From: a virus
Virus record (IMG/VR): IMGVR_UViG_3300010885_052266
Span: 36,880 to 100,879 of that record
Length of the DNA: 64,000 nucleotides
Direction: 5' to 3' (one strand)
The notes under the pieces are model-generated. The model searched no databases and was not told where the DNA came from. It saw nothing but the letters and a program-made list of their open reading frames with translations. Position 1 is the first letter of the stretch, and each line of letters starts with the position of its first letter. Both the position numbers and the translations under genes were made by a program. Positions 60,411 through 64,000 of the stretch are shown here, piece after piece.

Positions 60411-62287
60411 CGCCTTCCCCTCTTCAATTTGCCCTCGACGTCCCGCAGCGTGCGCAGCACGGTGGGGTGGAACACGACGTTCGAAAGGGGGTCGGATCGG
60501 AACGTATCGTCGTCGGTCACGTCGATGCGTCGCGCTGCCTCGCCCTTGGCGCCCAGGCCGACCGCCTCCAGCAGGGTGGGGTCGATATCGTTCAGCAGCT
60601 GCGCGGCCTTGGGATGCACGCCCGGCGCCACGTTGGGCGCACCGGCACCGTCCATGGGCGGCCCGCCGTTGTGGCCCATCATGCCGGGCATGCCGCCCAT
60701 CGCGTCCGGCGCCATCGGAGCCCGTGGCATCATCAGGCCCATCTTCTGGGCCTTGAGGATGTCCGTGACGAACATCATCCCCATCGGGCCGATACCCCAC
60801 ACGGCATGATCCATGCCGATCGGGGCTTCGCCGCGCGCGATTCGCACCTCGTCGATGGACTTGCGCCCGATCTGGATCAGCGCCAGGTCGCGTTGATCCT
60901 GCTCGGCCGGATCCGCGCGCCGCGCGTCGTCCCAGACCAGCTCCAGGTCGGTGTAGCCGAACACGTTCTGGATGATGTGGTCCATCAGGGACTTGAACCA
61001 CATCATCATCGGCTGGAGCCCCTCCGCCAGCGCGGCCTCATAGGCGTTGTCCGCCGTGGCTCGGTTCATCATCTTGACGAACGGCATCGGCGGCAGGGAG
61101 AAGGCATAGCAGACGACCCTGGCGAGCCATTCGTCGTTGCCGTCCCCCAGACTCTGCTCCGACCTGGTGGGCTGGTAGTTCATCTCGCCCGGGATGAACT
61201 TCATCTTCCGGCGCGTGTTCTGGTCGGCCAGCATGGCGTCCCAGACTTTCTGGAAGTGCTCGATCTGCTCGGGCGTCCAGGTCTTTGGCACGCTGACCAG
61301 CGCCTCGGGCACATTGCCCTCGGTGAAGTAGGACAGCTTCGCGACCTCGCGCCGGATCGCGATGTTGACCGTCATGATGATCTGCTCGACCGGCGAGAAG
61401 CCGTATCGGTGGCCGACCCGGATGTTCCTGGGCCAGTAGATCAACTCGTCGGTCGTATAGTTGACGGCGGGCAAGCCCTTCAGGATGTGCTGGTAGGCGG
61501 GATAGGGCGGCTCCGGCACGCGCCCCGTGTGATCCAGCAGCACGTTGATGTCCGCCCCTTGGATCAGTTCAAGGCTATGGACCTTCCCGCCGACGGTCCG
61601 ACGCACGTAGATGGCGGGCGCGTCGGTGACGAGCTGGGCGTCGATCAGCGATCTGGCCCACAGGGTCCAGGGCGTGCGCCGGTCTGGGCGACGCATTATG
61701 GCTTCGATTTCGTCGCTCCGCTCGTCCGCGTCACGCCGGACCTTCTCGTTCCTGTCCTTGATCGGCAGGCAGCTCCACGTGAGATTCCCAAATTGATCTT
61801 TCCGGGTCTCGATCGCGAGGCGCAGGATGTCGAGGTTCTGGGCGAGCGCCTCCAGTTGCGCGAAGCTGGTCCCCTCGAACCGGCGCGGCGTGACCCCGAT
61901 ATTGGCAGCAGCCGGGTAGTCCCACTCTCGGCCCCTGACCTCTTCGGGGTTTTGGACCACAGGGCGAAGCGGGTTGCCCGGCCCCATCCACGGATCGCGC
62001 AGCTGGACCGTAAAGCTGGTGCCGGTGACCCGAGACACGGCGGTTGACTGCCAGTCCAGCAGCGACGTTCCCGGCGCCTGCCCGCCCACGGGTGCGACCT
62101 GCTGGGGCTGGTGCTGCGCCGGGTCGGGTTGGTTCGCCTGGGTCTGTGACGCGGCGCCCCCGTTGAACACGGCAGCCAGCGTGTCCTTGGCGCGCTGGAA
62201 CCAGCTCGCCTCGATCGGCCGCTCTTTCCCATCGCTGCGCCAGTTGCGCCGCGGATCAGGGACGTGGTTCGGGTCGCCCAGTGCCAT
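60407..62287 (-). CDS. Phage portal protein
   Basis: LRLAIETRKDQ, DELIYWPRN, YGFSPVEQI, YFTEGNVP, EWLARVVCYAFSLPP, SIDEVR..RGEAP. Confidence 0.88.
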   Translation of the reverse strand: MALGDPNHVPDPRRNWRSDGKERPIEASWFQRAKDTLAAVFNGGAASQTQANQPDPAQHQPQQVAPVGGQAPGTSLLDWQSTAVSRVTGTSFTVQLRDPWMGPGNPLRPVVQNPEEVRGREWDYPAAANIGVTPRRFEGTSFAQLEALAQNLDILRLAIETRKDQFGNLTWSCLPIKDRNEKVRRDADERSDEIEAIMRRPDRRTPWTLWARSLIDAQLVTDAPAIYVRRTVGGKVHSLELIQGADINVLLDHTGRVPEPPYPAYQHILKGLPAVNYTTDELIYWPRNIRVGHRYGFSPVEQIIMTVNIAIRREVAKLSYFTEGNVPEALVSVPKTWTPEQIEHFQKVWDAMLADQNTRRKMKFIPGEMNYQPTRSEQSLGDGNDEWLARVVCYAFSLPPMPFVKMMNRATADNAYEAALAEGLQPMMMWFKSLMDHIIQNVFGYTDLELVWDDARRADPAEQDQRDLALIQIGRKSIDEVRIARGEAPIGMDHAVWGIGPMGMMFVTDILKAQKMGLMMPRAPMAPDAMGGMPGMMGHNGGPPMDGAGAPNVAPGVHPKAAQLLNDIDPTLLEAVGLGAKGEAARRIDVTDDDTFRSDPLSNVVFHPTVLRTLRDVEGKLKRGRR

Positions 62288-62298
62288 GCCGGCGGGCC

Positions 62299-62568
62299 TT
62301 ACTGCAGCGCGATGATATAGGTGGCCGTGGTGCCGGTCTGGAGGACGCGGCGCGCATACATCGGCAGTAGCGTGCCGGCCGGGACCGCCTTCAGGGTGAC
62401 GGGCTGGGCGTCGTCGTCATTGCGCAGGATCACGGTCACATCGCCCAATCCGCCCACCCACAGGCTGCGAGCCGTGAGCGGCAGATCGAGACCATCGCTG
62501 GGCGTGACGGCCTGCCCCTTGATGAACGGCCCGTTCATGCCGGGGTGCGCGCCGTGATACATGTCGGG
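62299..62568 (-). CDS. Head spike base protein (RcGTA Rcc01079-like); start approximate
   Basis: AVTPSD..DL...RSLWVGG.GDV.V...VTLKAVPAGTLLP...RRVLQTGTTAT.IIAL. Confidence 0.8.
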   Translation of the reverse strand, partial: PDMYHGAHPGMNGPFIKGQAVTPSDGLDLPLTARSLWVGGLGDVTVILRNDDDAQPVTLKAVPAGTLLPMYARRVLQTGTTATYIIALQ

Positions 62569-62634
62569 CATCGCCGCGATCTCCAATAATTGTGGAGACC
62601 TCGGTGGCGGGCGCCTGTCGCCGCGACAAGGCTG

Positions 62635-62901
62635 CTAGGCCGCTCTGAGCCGTTCCTTGTCAGCCGGAGATTCGCATTCGCTTGCATCCGTCGCCACCGC
62701 GGCCAGAATCTGCCCGATGGCGTCGGCAACCTCGCCAGCAGCTGCTGGCGGCAGCTCCAGGAGCGCGCGCGTCAGTATCGTCAGGCCAACTTCTAGCCTG
62801 GCGCCGATGGAAAAGGTTCCCCCGTCAACGGCTGCGTTGATCCTGACGAGCGCGGCCCGCGCTTCCTTATCTGAGCAGAATGTCGGTAGAATCTCGGTCA
62901 C
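62635..62901 (-). CDS. Hypothetical protein
   Basis: GTG after GGGAG. Confidence 0.55.
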   Translation of the reverse strand: MTEILPTFCSDKEARAALVRINAAVDGGTFSIGARLEVGLTILTRALLELPPAAAGEVADAIGQILAAVATDASECESPADKERLRAA

Positions 62902-63048
62902 AAGGTGTCTCCCTTATTGGTGTGCGTGACAGTTTCTTCATCAGGCGAGGGACGTTTTTGTTTTGTCGCGGCATTATCTGAGGATTGTTCGTTGATATTA
63001 TCCAAACGTCAACCGGCCGTTCGCAACAATTTGGCGCCGGATGCTTGG

Positions 63049-63876
63049 CTAGACTGACGATTCGGCGGATTTACGCTCATTTCCTGGTCTTGTCCGGGCT
63101 GGTATGCGCGAAATGCGCTGATGCTCGGGGCAATATGAAAAGCCCGCTTGACGCAAGTCATGGGGCACCGGGCAGTCACAGAACGGATACGCCGGGTAGG
63201 CGGGCGTCTCGTCGTTGCTCCACAACGGCCAGCAGCAGGTCGGGCTTGGTCCGGCAGCGACGAGCTTCTGTGGCTCCACCCTGTACCGGAACGGCTCGCC
63301 CTCGACCGGCTCGTAGTCGATGCGTTTGACCTCGGGCTTGACCTCGGGGGTCGCTTCGCCGCGCGCCCGGGCCGAGTAGGGTGCGTGTGGGTTGCGGGTG
63401 AACGGCCCCCAGGCCGTAACAGCCCCGGTTGCGATGATCCGCACCCGACGCCGGCTGTCCTTGATCTCCACCGTGATGCGCCCGGCGATGGCGAGACGCT
63501 CCAGCGCGCGGTGGACCGAGTTTCGACCGCGTCCGCCCGCAAGTTGCCCGAGTTCCGGGTTTCCTGGCATGGGCTGGATGCTGCGGGCCAGGCGCTGAAC
63601 GATGGCCTCGACCTGGGCCATAAGGGGCGTGACGGCGTGGGTCGTGACTGGCGCCGCGGGGAGGGCGAGTGGCGCGGGATCTGCGATGAAGCGCAGGCCG
63701 GCCGGCGCAATGAGGCGCAGCATCCCCTCGGAGAAGGCTGCGAGGACATGGGCCGGGATGTGGCGCTCAAGCGGAAGGCGCCTCTGGCCGCTCCGGAAAT
63801 CGACCGGCTCCGGGAAGCATGGTATCGCGAACCGGCCATGAACGCTTGTGGAGAGGATAGCTGATGTGGCTGACAC
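63049..63876 (-). CDS. wHTH + GcrA-like C-terminal domain regulator
   Basis: PGNPELGQLAG...SVHRALERLAIAGRI (LexA-like wHTH); CCWPLW...FCD.P...SYCPEH (GcrA-type). Confidence 0.65.
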   Translation of the reverse strand: MSATSAILSTSVHGRFAIPCFPEPVDFRSGQRRLPLERHIPAHVLAAFSEGMLRLIAPAGLRFIADPAPLALPAAPVTTHAVTPLMAQVEAIVQRLARSIQPMPGNPELGQLAGGRGRNSVHRALERLAIAGRITVEIKDSRRRVRIIATGAVTAWGPFTRNPHAPYSARARGEATPEVKPEVKRIDYEPVEGEPFRYRVEPQKLVAAGPSPTCCWPLWSNDETPAYPAYPFCDCPVPHDLRQAGFSYCPEHQRISRIPARTRPGNERKSAESSV

Positions 63877-64000
63877 AGGAGCCGGCTCCCAGTGATTCCC
63901 GCAAATCAGGCGGCACGGGATGGCTACGTCACATTTCTGTGTCCCGTCAAATACATTATCATGTTCGGGTTAGCGGGCGTTCTTCCCGAGAAGGGCCGCC

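Larger units (their letters stand above)
1..64000. mobile_element. Siphovirus-type phage/prophage region spanning the window (ends not visible)
   Basis: Portal, protease, capsid, tail tube, tape measure and lambda-like tail-tip genes on -; recombination and lysis genes on +; no host housekeeping genes seen. Confidence 0.95.

Noticed and set aside
34815-62047. Other long + strand ORFs (e.g. 34815-36863, 47714-49234, 51694-53676, 60467-62047)
   Set aside because: They overlap well-supported - strand genes and lack recognisable motifs; expected at high GC
1-64000. tRNA, rRNA, integrase, att sites, transposases
   Set aside because: None recognised by eye; tRNAscan-SE and HMM searches would be needed to exclude them

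Overview
The whole 64 kb window is one GC-rich tailed phage or prophage, probably of an alphaproteobacterial host (it carries a GcrA-like regulator and an RcGTA-type head-spike base gene). No integrase, att site or terminase is visible. The + strand (1-15.4 kb) carries an accessory gene array, a recombination module (ERF-type annealing protein, SSB, DUF2303), small regulators and a GH19 endolysin with a holin-like gene. The - strand (63.9 to 15.5 kb) carries a siphovirus morphogenesis module: portal, large head-associated proteins, MuF, prohead protease, scaffold, major capsid, neck, tail tube, frameshifting chaperone, tape measure, lambda-like M/L/K/I-J and a 2434-aa fibre. Three signals stand out. 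(1) Five copies of a covarying two-hairpin element with hammerhead-like GAAAC...GUC geometry join the stop codon of each accessory gene to the RBS of the next. (2) The head module encodes apparent polyproteins in which L-x-K putative protease sites precede a recurring (F/W/Y)DExxxxRDxxG(K/R)(F/W) tag, with cargo including an ADP-ribosyltransferase-like domain and glycine zippers. (3) The giant fibre is built from nested 'Russian-doll' domain insertions. All protein calls come from motif recognition by eye; no database search was run.
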